DNA of 64,000 nt from Armatimonadota bacterium (GCA_031400935.1 JANNQV010000058.1:1-64000), one strand, 5' to 3'; positions 1-10,068 are shown, counted from the first letter of the stretch. The notes: a model not told the origin generated them from the sequence alone. Program-made: numbers and translations.

Positions 1-1970
1 CCGTTCCCGCCTGTTACCGCACCGCCAGAATGAACCAACTCCCCTTCCAAAGTGACCAGCCGACTCCATCCACTCGTTTTGGCAAGTTTCAATGCATCCG
101 ACAATGACTCAACGACCAGAATTCTTCCTAGAAGTGCATCAATGACGGGCTTAAACTTGGGTTCGCAATCAATAACCGAATTGGCAAAAGCGATAACTCC
201 ATTACGATCAAGAAGTGCTCTGGCTTCGGCGGGCAAATGGTGCGGCCTCATCAATGGAATCGGCTGAAAAGTCGCTCTTCCTGCCCGGTTTGCTTTGAGA
301 TATTCGATCGCTTGCTTCGCGTCGTCTTCACTGTTGCAAATCAGGTCGTTTGATGATGCGCCAAGTGCAACTTCAATAGCCAACGCGACATCTTTGCTTA
401 CCGAAATGGCTTCCCCGACAGGAACGAAATCGCCGAAGATATCTCCATTTTCGACTGCATCTAAAACTGCTTTTGGGCCTTGCGCCAATCCTTCATGCGA
501 TTCAATGGTCGCCTCGATTCCCCGCTTTCTGCCTTCTAAAGAGGCTTGTTGGGCGAGGTCGTTTCGCAAGGCAACCGACCGATCTTGACTGGATTTCCTA
601 ACTGATTCGACTTGATCTAGCCGAGAGCGAAGCTGCTCCTCCGTCTCTTTCCACGCGGTTTGGGCTGTTTCAAACTGCTCAGTAGCTTCCTTGGATGCGG
701 ATTCCACATCGGCGATGTTCTTTCGCGCCGAATCCAGTTCCCTTTTGATTTCCTTTTGCCGGGTTTGGCGGTGGTTCTGTTCGGCTTCTGCCTGCAGACT
801 TTCTTGATGAGCCTTGCGTCCATGGGCCAGCTCAGATTCTACGTTTGCAAGTTCAATTTTCAGTCTTGAGGTAGATTCGCCAACCCCCACGCACTCCTCT
901 GAAATCCTAGTGAATTCTGCTTCTTCTGCTTGCCATTCCTTTTCCAAAACTTCGATTTCGGCGCGCATCTCTTCTAGTCGCCTTTGGGCTCGCTCGGCTT
1001 CGTCGTCAAAATTGGCTTCCAAATCCTCAAATGACTTCAATCGTTGATGCCCCAATTGAACGGTTGATTCGAGCCGCTCAATTTGCGTGAGAGTTGACTG
1101 CAGGGTAGCCCGCATCGAATCCAAGTCGCTTTCAATGACAGAAATCTTGCTTCCAATGCGGGAAATTTCGTCTTCGGCCTTGATCGCAATTTCGTTTTCT
1201 TTTCGGATCGTGGTTGCAGAACTCTGGAGGCTACTTTCAAGGCTTTCGAGTTCGGTGTTGGCAGAAATCACTTCCGAAACCAGGAGCCCGCTTTCAATTT
1301 CCCGCAATGAAGTTAGGGCACTTTTGTACCGAATCGCAACTTCGGCTTCGGCGGCAAGGGGTTCGCGCTGACCCTCAATTTCCTTCAGGATGTCGGCAAC
1401 TCGGGAAAGGTGATCTTTCGCCGAAACAAGCCGCCGCAATGACTCAGCCTTTCGAGCCCGGTAACGCTGAACCCCAGCGGCCTCGTCTACCCACGATCTT
1501 CTGTCTTCCACAGATGCTGCAAGTGCTTGGTCTATCTCTTTTTGGCTCACAATCGCATAGCCAGCACGCCCGAGTCCGGAATCTGCAAGGAGTTCCAAGA
1601 CATCGCGAAGTCGGCAAGTTTGGCGGTTGATGCTGTATTCCGATTCGCCTGCCCTCGTTAGGCGACGGGTAACTGTGACTTCCGAGGTAGGAATGGGCAG
1701 TGCGCCGTCTTCGTTGTCAAACAATAGAGAGACTTCAGCGTAGCCTACAGCCTTTCTTCGTGAACTGCCGTTGAAAATGACATCGGTGCCGGATTGAGCG
1801 CGAAGATGCCGCGAGTTCCCTTCTCCAAGCCCCCAAAGAATCGCGTCTACGATGTTCGATTTTCCGCTTCCGTTTGGCCCCACAACGGCTACGAAATCGC
1901 CAGCGATCTCAAACTCCGCTTTTTCAGCGAAGGTCTTGAATCCAAAAATCTTGACACGTCGAAGGCGCAT
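1..1970 (-). CDS. smc: Chromosome segregation protein SMC (5' part; runs off the left edge)
   Basis: Manual translation from ATG at 1970 gives MRLRRVKIFGFKTFAEK...VVGPNGSGKSNIVDAILWGLGE (SMC head, Walker A). The same frame reads RLVTLEGELVHSGGAVTGG (hinge motif) at the window edge. Absent from the ORF track because its stop lies outside the window. Confidence 0.95.
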   Translation of the reverse strand, partial: MRLRRVKIFGFKTFAEKAEFEIAGDFVAVVGPNGSGKSNIVDAILWGLGEGNSRHLRAQSGTDVIFNGSSRRKAVGYAEVSLLFDNEDGALPIPTSEVTVTRRLTRAGESEYSINRQTCRLRDVLELLADSGLGRAGYAIVSQKEIDQALAASVEDRRSWVDEAAGVQRYRARKAESLRRLVSAKDHLSRVADILKEIEGQREPLAAEAEVAIRYKSALTSLREIESGLLVSEVISANTELESLESSLQSSATTIRKENEIAIKAEDEISRIGSKISVIESDLDSMRATLQSTLTQIERLESTVQLGHQRLKSFEDLEANFDDEAERAQRRLEEMRAEIEVLEKEWQAEEAEFTRISEECVGVGESTSRLKIELANVESELAHGRKAHQESLQAEAEQNHRQTRQKEIKRELDSARKNIADVESASKEATEQFETAQTAWKETEEQLRSRLDQVESVRKSSQDRSVALRNDLAQQASLEGRKRGIEATIESHEGLAQGPKAVLDAVENGDIFGDFVPVGEAISVSKDVALAIEVALGASSNDLICNSEDDAKQAIEYLKANRAGRATFQPIPLMRPHHLPAEARALLDRNGVIAFANSVIDCEPKFKPVIDALLGRILVVESLSDALKLAKTSGWSRLVTLEGELVHSGGAVTGGN

Positions 1971-2126
1971 AGCTCCAGAAGAATGGACGCAGTTTCGAAT
2001 TCATTTGAACCAAGAAGTTTTCCACAAGTAGCGGTTGATTCCGGCATTTCTTACAGCAACGAGCAACCATTCAAGTTTCCAACAATTCATTTGGCGAAAC
2101 TCTTAGCAGGGTTGGAGGATTTGAAA

Positions 2127-3065
2127 ATGATGATAAGAGCACGAGGATGGATTTTGGCGTCGGCATTGCTGTGCTCAACAGCAATTTCTGCAAATTCTGG
2201 CGTTGACGAAGATGTGAAAACGTTGATGGACATCGCAGGTACTTATGCGAAAGCTTGGTCAATGGACGAAAAGCAAGACGACGAATTCCTGAAAATTGTG
2301 AAGGAGCGCAACGAAAAACTTGACGTGATCAAAGCGATCTACGCAAAATACAAGCCAGATATTGACAAGAAAACTGAAACTGGAAAACACATTTGGCAAA
2401 AGATCGGCTGGACTTGTTCTCAGTTCGATTTGTTCAACTCACAGTCGAAAACCTTTATGGACGACTTCAAAAAGAACACTGACAAGCGTTTTGATTGGTA
2501 CAAAATGCACATGGAGAGTGCTGAAAAAAGTCAGGCTTGGGGTTTGTGCAATCTGGCCATCAAACAGCTAGTTGAGAACGCCCAACTTGCACATATAATG
2601 CAGGCTTTCAAGGGCGATGACAACCCTGAGGCGATGTCTGTTCTAGACAAAATTCCTGCACTAAGAGAAACAGCAGAAAAGAGATCGGCGGCGATCAAAA
2701 AGGCGACTCAGCGGGTCGTGAAAATGCCTGTAGACAGCTACGGCGGAGCCGACAAAGAGAAGTATCGCGCCGCTATCAAGAAGGCTTGGCAGAAACAGTG
2801 GCCGAGCGACAAGATCCTGAAAATTGTCTTCCCAACGGGCTGGAAGAGAGACGATGAATGGAACAACAACGGCAACAGTAACTGGAAGCACAGCGACATG
2901 TCTTTCCTCGTGCCTTGGGTCATCGTACAGAAGGACGCGAAGAGCGCGATGATGTACCCGGCTTATGTGAATAAGAACAACCTATCTGGAGAAGTTTCTT
3001 TTGGAGTGCAAACCAAAGGCGGTTCGTTCGTGAATGACGAGATTGAATTGAGCAAGGTTAAGTAG
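2127..3065 (+). CDS. Secreted hypothetical protein
   Basis: GGAGG RBS before ATG 2127, signal-peptide-like start (MMIRARGWILASALLCSTAISA), Lys-rich body; no recognised family. Confidence 0.75.
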   Translation: MMIRARGWILASALLCSTAISANSGVDEDVKTLMDIAGTYAKAWSMDEKQDDEFLKIVKERNEKLDVIKAIYAKYKPDIDKKTETGKHIWQKIGWTCSQFDLFNSQSKTFMDDFKKNTDKRFDWYKMHMESAEKSQAWGLCNLAIKQLVENAQLAHIMQAFKGDDNPEAMSVLDKIPALRETAEKRSAAIKKATQRVVKMPVDSYGGADKEKYRAAIKKAWQKQWPSDKILKIVFPTGWKRDDEWNNNGNSNWKHSDMSFLVPWVIVQKDAKSAMMYPAYVNKNNLSGEVSFGVQTKGGSFVNDEIELSKVK

Positions 3066-3185
3066 CGTGTCTTGGGCGTCCCACCCAAGTTCCTAATCTT
3101 TTATGGATATGAGAACTTGGGCGGGACACCCAAGACACGCTAACCTTTTTTCGAAGGGGAACTTGGGCGGGACGCCCAAGACACA
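3065..3185. repeat. REP-like palindrome cluster (family A), 3 copies
   Basis: GTGTCTTGGGCGTCCC(A/G)CCCAAG at 3067 plus two inverted copies at ~3113-3140 and ~3159-3185, between convergent genes. Confidence 0.85.
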
Positions 3186-3189
3186 CTAA

Positions 3190-3633
3190 TTACGGCAAAT
3201 GCTGCGAGTAGATGAACTTTAGGCCTGACGGAGTTCGCTTCAGGGATTCGACCACGCTTGTGTTGAATTCAAAAGGCACCCACTTATCCCCCTGCTTCAT
3301 TTCGCCCTTGCCAACAAATTTGACCCAAACGCAAATTTCGCCTTTGGACTCTGACAGCCGCTCGATGGTGATCTTGCCTTTAGCCTTACGCATCGTGTCT
3401 TTCATCGTCTTCATCATCGCGACGCTATTCGCCCTGTTGGTAACAACGCCATTGACGTCAACGGAGTAATAGGAAGAATCCAAAGTGTCAAGTGCGACTT
3501 GCATATTGCCGCCCGCCATGCAATCCACCCAAATTTTGTACATTGCCTCAACTTCTTGTCGAACGGTCTGACCGGAGGCAAAACTTGAAACTACAGATAG
3601 TAGAAAAACGCTGATTGTAAGAAATCTTTTCAT
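3190..3633 (-). CDS. Exported NTF2-like/DUF4440-type protein
   Basis: Signal peptide; helix-then-strand NTF2 pattern ending in LKRTPSGLKF. Confidence 0.65.
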   Translation of the reverse strand: MKRFLTISVFLLSVVSSFASGQTVRQEVEAMYKIWVDCMAGGNMQVALDTLDSSYYSVDVNGVVTNRANSVAMMKTMKDTMRKAKGKITIERLSESKGEICVWVKFVGKGEMKQGDKWVPFEFNTSVVESLKRTPSGLKFIYSQHLP

Positions 3634-3759
3634 GAAAGTATTCTATCACGAGGAGGCCAGCAATTTTGGATTTTGGATTGTGGAATTGGTCGGAGCATAA
3701 TCCAATAACCAATAACCAACAACAAATAACCTCTCCCGCTTGCGCTACACTCCTTATAT

Positions 3760-4588
3760 CATGCTCTCAACATTGCTCTTGCTAACCTTTGTCGCCGAAC
3801 CAACGATCGCCCTCGATGTCATCTATTCTCGCGTTGCCGGCGAAGAAATCAAGATGGACATTTACTATCCTGAGCGATCCGCAACCTCTGTTTCGCCAGC
3901 CGTTTTGGTGATTCACGGCGGGTCTTGGATGTTCGGCAAGAGGCAAGACATGGCAGAAATGGCTAAGGAATTGGCAAAATCTGGGTTCGTCGCAGCGACA
4001 ACCAGCTATCGTTTGGCTCCAAAGCACAAATGGCCGGCAATGCTCGATGATGTTCAAACTGCGATGCGGTTTCTTCGCTCCAAATCAACCGAATATCGGA
4101 TTGACCCCAAAAGAATCGGCTCGTGCGGAGCGAGCGCTGGCGGCCACTTAGGATTGCTTCTCGGATTTCGAGACAAGAACACAACGGGCGAATTCGAATA
4201 CAAAGACTTTTCCAGCCGATCTCAAGCAGTATTCAACATCTTCGGCCCAACCGATTTCCGGCGCGACTTCGCTCCGTCAATCAATTTTGTTTTGGAAGCC
4301 GTTCTTGGCAAAAAGGCAGCAGACGCAACAGAAGATTTGAAACAATGCTCGCCCGTGAATTGGATCACAAATGACGATTCGCCAGTGTTCACAATGCACG
4401 GCGAATCTGACCCGTTAGTCCCGGTAGCTCAGGCCAAATGGCTGAAAGAAAAACTTGATGAGGCCAAAGTCCGCAATGAAATGACCATTGTTCCGAAAAT
4501 GGCTCATGGGATTAACAAGAGCGATCCCGTTCAGCTAGATACGATTAAGCGCGGGATCGAGTTTCTGCAATCAGTTTTGGGAAAGTGA
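3760..4588 (+). CDS. Alpha/beta hydrolase (esterase/lipase, BD-FAE-like)
   Basis: IHGGSW oxyanion motif, GASAGGHL nucleophile elbow, HGESDPLVP and final His (MAHG); start uncertain (3740 or 3761). Confidence 0.9.
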
Positions 4589-4597
4589 GGGGGAAGG

Positions 4598-4690
4598 GTT
4601 TTAGGTTTTAGGTTTTAGGCTTTAGGCTTTGGGTTTTGGGTTATTGGGTAGCAATTCGATAACCATTAACCGATAACCGAAAACTAACGG
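4598..4690. repeat. Inverted heptamer tandem repeats (TTTTAGG-like / AACCGAT-like)
   Basis: ttttagg x3, ctttagg, ctttggg, ttttggg, ttattgg, followed by aaccatt, aaccgat, aaccga, between convergent genes. Confidence 0.7.
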
Positions 4691-4703
4691 CCAAGAAATC
4701 CTA

Positions 4704-5831
4704 TCAAAACTGAATCCCAACTTCAAATACTAACTGACTGTATTTTTGCCTTTGAAATCTAGCCTCAGCTATGAAACGAACAACTGATTGACCATCGCCT
4801 AAGGTCCAACTTGCATAGGGCGAAACCATAATTTTTTGTCCACCAATCTGCCGGTGCTCGATTCGCACTCCATAAGCCTGGTTGAAATCACGAATCCAAT
4901 CTGCAGTTAGGGAATACCGATATTCTTTCACACCTAGCGTCTCGGCCCTGCCAAATCCCCCATCTAGGTACAAATCTCCGATTTTTGACTGGCCGGCGAC
5001 ACCAAAATAGCTCCTTTCGTTGTTGCCCGAAAAACCATTGAACCCAATTGAATTTGGACCACACCTCTTGAAAACCTCTGCAAACACCCCCTTAGGTCGG
5101 AGTTCCAATTCATTGCTTGCGTTCGTTCTTGCCTCATCTGTCAATGGAATGCTGAACTCGCCAGGAAACATCGCCGCAAGTGTTGCATAGGTTCCGTCGG
5201 CTGAATCCATGCTCTTTCTTTTTGACAATCCAAGGCGAATTCCTGGCGAACGACCTGAAACCGAAAACCCCCGCAGCGAGGTAATTCGTGGATCAGAACT
5301 TGCGCTTCCGGCAAGAGATGTCGAAAAAACAACTGGCTCGCCTAACCCAATTCGTCTTGAAACATCAATCTGGCTCAGTGCTCGAAACTGCCCGATTTGC
5401 ACTCCAAGGTTTGGTGAAACATCCCAATTCACGTAGGCATCTTCAAATCGTCCAGATCGATCTCGTTCGCTACCATCGCCTTGCAATTCTTTGCTCACAA
5501 CCCTCCATTCAACAAAATATGAACCTGGCAACGAGTCCAGTGTGCCACCAGAAATCAGTTCAAGTCGGTTGAATGCGCTCTTGAAATCATTGGGATCGGC
5601 GGTGCGATTTTGATTTTGGAGGCTGACCCATGCCGAAAGTGGTGCGGATAGCTTTTTCTTAAGACCTTCCATTTTGTAGCCATTGGCGGCGAACGCTTCG
5701 CCAAAAGAATTGAGTTTTGCCCCATGTACGTGGCATGTTATGCATGAAGTCTGAAATTCGCGAGAAAACTGAGGAGTTGCTGATGCAAAAACGGCCAATG
5801 CAAAGAGTGAAAGAGTTAAGAAAGTACGCAC
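4704..5831 (-). CDS. Outer-membrane beta-barrel/porin with N-terminal CxxCH motif
   Basis: Signal peptide, ATPQFSREFQTSCITCH...LNSFGEAFAANGY segment, alternating beta-strand pattern, C-terminal Phe (VGIQF). Confidence 0.7.
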   Translation of the reverse strand: MRTFLTLSLFALAVFASATPQFSREFQTSCITCHVHGAKLNSFGEAFAANGYKMEGLKKKLSAPLSAWVSLQNQNRTADPNDFKSAFNRLELISGGTLDSLPGSYFVEWRVVSKELQGDGSERDRSGRFEDAYVNWDVSPNLGVQIGQFRALSQIDVSRRIGLGEPVVFSTSLAGSASSDPRITSLRGFSVSGRSPGIRLGLSKRKSMDSADGTYATLAAMFPGEFSIPLTDEARTNASNELELRPKGVFAEVFKRCGPNSIGFNGFSGNNERSYFGVAGQSKIGDLYLDGGFGRAETLGVKEYRYSLTADWIRDFNQAYGVRIEHRQIGGQKIMVSPYASWTLGDGQSVVRFIAEARFQRQKYSQLVFEVGIQF

Positions 5832-5997
5832 GGTTCAATTGTAGCTCAGGCTAAAAAGATTATGCACAGCTACATTTCGGTTTTCTAGACATTGGAGACG
5901 TGCGGTTGAAGATTGAAAACGGCAAAGAATCCACAACCAACAACCGATAGCAGATTCCCCAAACAATTTCCTCACAATCCTTGGTTACAATTTCAAT

Positions 5998-6906
5998 ATG
6001 TTAACTAGCGCACTTGCATTGATCGCCTTTTTAGGCACGCCTGGAATTCAGTGGTACACCGAAATGGCCCAAGGCTTTGAGGTCGCCAAAGAAACCGGAC
6101 GCCCGATCCTTTTGCTATCGGCTGCGCCGCAATGCTCCGAAGTTCCAGGGGATTGGTGACCAGGGAAACAGGATATTGATAAGAGTGTCTTATCAAATGA
6201 ACAAATCATCAAATCGAGCAGAAACTTTGTCTGCATCCGCCCCCTCACGTACGAAAACAAAGAAGAGTCTGATTACCTCCGTCTCATGCTTTCACCAAGA
6301 GGCGGGCTCGAAAACACAGTTTTTACGATTATGGATTCGAATCGTTCGAAGTACTTGGCACAGCCGAGCCGGATGCCTTATCAAACCTTTCCCGGATGCG
6401 AAAACGACCCCGAAATCATGGCTCGCGGGATGGACCAGCTTGTAGCACCTTTCGCAAAATTGCCTTTTCCAGACCAGCTTCCGATTGTTAAAGGGCTACG
6501 ATATGCTCTAAATGTAGGGGCGTGTGATCGTCGTCCAGTCGTAATCATTACTGGAACTCCCGAAGAACGTAAAAAAATCAAGGAGAGTCTTGCTCCGCTT
6601 TCTTGGTCACCAGAATTTGCTGGCCAGTTTGTGTTCACCGAATCTGATCCCGTTGAAGGGCAAAAGGCGATCACTATCGTTCAGCCCGACGAATATGGCG
6701 TGAGGTCAACATTACTCGCGGTATCAGCGACCACAAACGACCTGAGCGTCGTACTTACCCAGGGGCTCGCCAAGTTCAAACCTTGGACCAACGACCATCG
6801 CCAGCATCTGGCTCGAGGCGTTCGCAACGGAATCCGTTGGCGCCCTGCCGTGCCTGTTGAGGATAAGCAAGCTAATTCGGCAACGAAACGGCTTTGGGGA
6901 GGCTAA
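5998..6906 (+). CDS. Exported thioredoxin-like protein with in-frame UGA (candidate selenoprotein)
   Basis: ATG 5998 reads MLTSALALIAFLGTPGIQWYTEMAQGFEVAKETGRPILLLSAAPQCSEVPGDW-UGA(6157)-PGKQDIDKSVLSNEQIIKSSRNFVCIR and continues in frame into ORF 6286-6906. Confidence 0.8.
6176..6196 (+). promoter_or_regulatory. Candidate bacterial SECIS hairpin
   Basis: TTGATAAGA-GTG-TCTTATCAA: perfect 9-bp stem; the G-starting loop lies ~26 nt after the UGA. Confidence 0.65.
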
Positions 6907-6915
6907 AAATAGTGA

Positions 6916-7371
6916 ATGCAAAAGATATTTTCTCTTGGGGCAGTTCTCTTTTGTTGCTACGGCTGTAACAAACCAGCTATAGATGTTGTTGGCATATACC
7001 GCATGGAGCCTCTCGAAACCACGCCAAGGGGGAAGACTGATCCAGGTTGGGATGGGATGGCCCTCGGAATAATGGGCCAAACTTCACTTGAAATTAAAGC
7101 TGACGGCTCATTTAGATATGAAATTCATATTGAAATGTATCCCAAGGAAACTCCGACTTCAACTGTCGGCACTTGGAAACAATCGGGCTCATACCTGACT
7201 CTAACTCCTGATCAGAAATCAGAAGGCATACTTAGCTTAGAGCCCCTTGAACTGAAAGTAACCAAAGTCGGTCGTGAGTTGCTACCCACTGTCGAAACAA
7301 GACCAGGCAGGGGTTTTCGATACTATCGTAGCGATACTGAACCTACGCGCTTAACTTCTGGAGAAAAGTAG
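6916..7371 (+). CDS. Putative lipoprotein (lipocalin/NlpE-like beta protein)
   Basis: Lipobox-like CCYGC; motifs LEIKADGSF and GTWKQSG. Confidence 0.65.
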   Translation: MQKIFSLGAVLFCCYGCNKPAIDVVGIYRMEPLETTPRGKTDPGWDGMALGIMGQTSLEIKADGSFRYEIHIEMYPKETPTSTVGTWKQSGSYLTLTPDQKSEGILSLEPLELKVTKVGRELLPTVETRPGRGFRYYRSDTEPTRLTSGEK

Positions 7372-7376
7372 TTTGG

Positions 7377-7777
7377 GATCAGCGGCCAGTTGTAACGTTT
7401 CCAGGAACTGAAAACGAGCGTAACAATCTAAAGGACTCACTTGCAAAGCCATCTTGCTCAGAGTCATTTGCTGACCAATTTGTGTTCACCGAATCTGATT
7501 CTGTCGAAGGCAAGCCCGCAGTGCAAATCGTCCAGGCTGATGAATGCGGCGTGAAATCAACTGTTCTAGCGTCCATGCGACTCAAGAGTCAACAGCGTCG
7601 AATAGCGACGCCCTTTGCACCCTCCTCAGTAATGCCCTTTCAAAGTTCAAAACATGGACAATAGACCATCGCAAGCATTTGTCGCTAGGAGTGAGAAACG
7701 GAATTCGATGGTGCCTTGCCGTATCCGCTAAAGACAAGCAAGCCGATATGGCGACGAAACGGCTTAGGGGAGGGTAG
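7377..7777 (+). pseudogene. Degenerate, frameshifted copy of the 3' part of the 5998-6906 gene
   Basis: Aligns by eye to 6526-6906 (QFVFTESD.VEG, DE.GV.ST.LA, KFK.WT.DHR.HL..GVRNGIRW, DKQA..ATKRL.GG); no start codon, frameshift near 7570. Confidence 0.85.
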
Positions 7778-7889
7778 TTTTGACGAGCATGCTAATTGAC
7801 TCTCTAACTTAACCTTTCCTTGACATTCAAACTATACAAATCATCCAATTCCTTCAATGCCCGCCTGAACGGTATCCTTTTACTCACCC

Positions 7890-8729
7890 ATGACCCTCAC
7901 TTTTCCAATTCGTAGCGATAAACTCACCATGTCCGTTGAGGTGCGCGAGCACATCGCCAGTATCCAAACCGAATTCCAAAAAATTGACATCTACGACACA
8001 GAGTGTTTGGGCAAGATGCTCTTTTTAGATGGGCATGTGCAGCTCGCGACCTTTGATGAGTTTGCATATCATGAGTCACTCGTCCATATTCCTCTTTTGA
8101 GCGTTGCCGAGCCAAAGCGCGCGCTGGTCGTTGGCGGGGGCGATGGAGGAGTACTAAGAGAACTGGTGAAACATCGCTCGCTATTGGAAATTGATCTGGT
8201 GGATATTGACAAAGGAGTAATTGAAGCCAGCAAAAAATACCTTCCAGAACTCAGTGACGGTGCATTCAACGACCCAAGAGTAAGTGTGAAAATCGAAGAT
8301 GCATTTGCGTTTTTGAAGCGAGTCTCAACCCCTTATGATTTGATCGTGATGGATGTGACGGACGTTTACGAAGAAGAAGACGGCGAACTCAGCGAGAAAC
8401 TGTTTACGCAGGAATTCTATGCAGATTGCTTCGCGGCATTGAGCGAAAGAGGCTTCCTCGTTTCGCAAGCCGACAACCATGTTTTTTGTCCGTATTCGAT
8501 GGTGGATTTGCTTTCTGAGCTTGGTTCTGTTTTCACGAAGATTGGTTCGTTTCAAGCTTTGGTGCCTTCGTTTGGCGGGTATTCGGGGTATGTCTGGGCG
8601 AGTCGGTCTGCTGAAGTTTCTTCTGGCTTTTCAAGTGAAAAGGCATCGGCTTTGGAGTTAAGGTATTTGAACTCGACCACATACGCACAAGCGATTGAAG
8701 GTGGTCGCCCTGGTGGATTGTTTTCTTAG
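7890..8729 (+). CDS. speE: Spermidine synthase (polyamine aminopropyltransferase)
   Basis: LDGHVQ, DEFAYHESLVH, LVVGGGDGGVLRE, YDLIVMD motifs. Confidence 0.92.
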   Translation: MTLTFPIRSDKLTMSVEVREHIASIQTEFQKIDIYDTECLGKMLFLDGHVQLATFDEFAYHESLVHIPLLSVAEPKRALVVGGGDGGVLRELVKHRSLLEIDLVDIDKGVIEASKKYLPELSDGAFNDPRVSVKIEDAFAFLKRVSTPYDLIVMDVTDVYEEEDGELSEKLFTQEFYADCFAALSERGFLVSQADNHVFCPYSMVDLLSELGSVFTKIGSFQALVPSFGGYSGYVWASRSAEVSSGFSSEKASALELRYLNSTTYAQAIEGGRPGGLFS

Positions 8730-8813
8730 AAAGTTGCTACTCTAGTTAATCATGTTCAGCCTAGCTTTGTCAATTGCAAACGATACTTGCAATGTTGAAC
8801 TCAGTCTTGTGTT

Positions 8814-9038
8814 TTAACTCTTAGGTCGAATGAAAGCCAACGCGATGAGAGCTAAAAGGGACAACCCACCAACTAAAAATCCGCCGAAAAACGCTACGTA
8901 GAACAGTGTCCAGACCCATGCTGGATCGCGCTCGGAACCTCCAAAGAAAGCCATCAGTGCAAGGATTGAAACTCCAGCGCCAGCGCTCAGCATGGACAAT
9001 GCAACTTTCCGACCCTTTGAAATCTGGTTAGTAGTCAT
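8814..9038 (-). CDS. Small two-TM membrane protein
   Basis: Two hydrophobic helices in 74 aa. Confidence 0.6.
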   Translation of the reverse strand: MTTNQISKGRKVALSMLSAGAGVSILALMAFFGGSERDPAWVWTLFYVAFFGGFLVGGLSLLALIALAFIRPKS

Positions 9039-9108
9039 AAGGCAAGTATGAGTTAATTGAAGTGGGTACGGAAATGCTCATCAATTGTGTGAATATCCAC
9101 TATTAGCC

Positions 9109-9549
9109 TTAAATCGCACCAGAATCTTCGATTTGCGCAATTCGCTGATCGTGCCTTCCGCCTTCATATTCGGTCGAGAGCCAAATTTCGACAATCTTTA
9201 GTGCCAATTCCGGCGAGATCATCCTTTCTCCAATTGAGATCATGTTCGCATTGTTATGAAGGCGGGAAAACCGTGCCGAATTTTCATTCCAGCAAAGAGC
9301 GCACCGGATTCCGGAATGGCGATTGGCGACCATGGCTTCCCCGTTCCCTGAGCCCCCAAGCACGATCCCTCTATCACATTCGCCAGATTGAACAGCAGAA
9401 GCCGCGGCGTGGCAAAACACCGGATAGTCGCAAGATTCGAGGCTATCCGTTCCAAAATCAACAACTTCGTGGCCCAATTCGCTAAGCCGTTGCGAAAGAA
9501 TCGCCTTGTACCGAAACCCAGCATGATCGGAAGCTATGGCTATTTTCAA
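9109..9549 (-). CDS. rpiB: Ribose-5-phosphate isomerase B
   Basis: KIAIASDHAG, DYP, GSGNGEAMVANR, SRLHNNAN, GGRHDQRI; TTG start overlaps the upstream stop. Confidence 0.95.
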   Translation of the reverse strand: MKIAIASDHAGFRYKAILSQRLSELGHEVVDFGTDSLESCDYPVFCHAAASAVQSGECDRGIVLGGSGNGEAMVANRHSGIRCALCWNENSARFSRLHNNANMISIGERMISPELALKIVEIWLSTEYEGGRHDQRIAQIEDSGAI

Positions 9550-9929
9550 ATTGCATCCCCAGCAGTTGATTTGAATGCGGTTATTGCCAGAAGGAGCCAT
9601 CCCGAAAGAAATGCGACTCCGCCAAAGGGTGTGATGATTCCGAGCATCCGATTCCCTGATAGTGCCAAAGCGTACAAACTCCCTGCGAACAACAAAATTC
9701 CGATTCCGAAGAGCCAAGAACAAATTCGAACCTTGTTTCCCAAAATCGGAAGTGCAAAGGAGCAAGCAATTATTGCTAAGGAGTGTGCCAAATGGTAGTT
9801 CACCCCAGTTCGAAAGACTTCAAGCATGTCCACAGAAATTCGTTCCTTCAAGGCATGAGCACCAAATGCCCCTAGTGCTACGGCAGTCATCGCTGACAGC
9901 GCACCCGCTCCAAAAATCTTGCGATCCAT
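9546..9929 (-). CDS. DUF423/TMEM256 family membrane protein
   Basis: ALGAFGAHAL, YHLAHS, LFAGSLY, ITPFGG motifs. Confidence 0.92.
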   Translation of the reverse strand: MDRKIFGAGALSAMTAVALGAFGAHALKERISVDMLEVFRTGVNYHLAHSLAIIACSFALPILGNKVRICSWLFGIGILLFAGSLYALALSGNRMLGIITPFGGVAFLSGWLLLAITAFKSTAGDAI

Positions 9930-10039
9930 GCTCGAAAGGTACCCTTAGGCTCGGGTCTTTCGCCTCAATTTCATGTCAAAATACTAAAGTTAGAAGCAAG
10001 ATAAGCCAAAATGAAAAGGTTGTGTCAGTCTTGCAAAAC

Positions 10040-10068
10040 TTGCAATGCCTGTCAAACGTAAGTATAAT
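10040..10068 (+). promoter_or_regulatory. Sigma70-type promoter
   Basis: TTGCAA-N17-TATAAT upstream of the 10148 gene. Confidence 0.65.

Noticed and set aside
52..1630. Multiple short ORFs in the ORF track
   Set aside because: Antisense or off-frame shadows of smc; the same applies to most short ORFs nested in long genes elsewhere.
1794..2126. N-terminal 111 aa of the 423-aa ORF
   Set aside because: Overlaps the smc start on the opposite strand; RBS and signal peptide point to ATG 2127.
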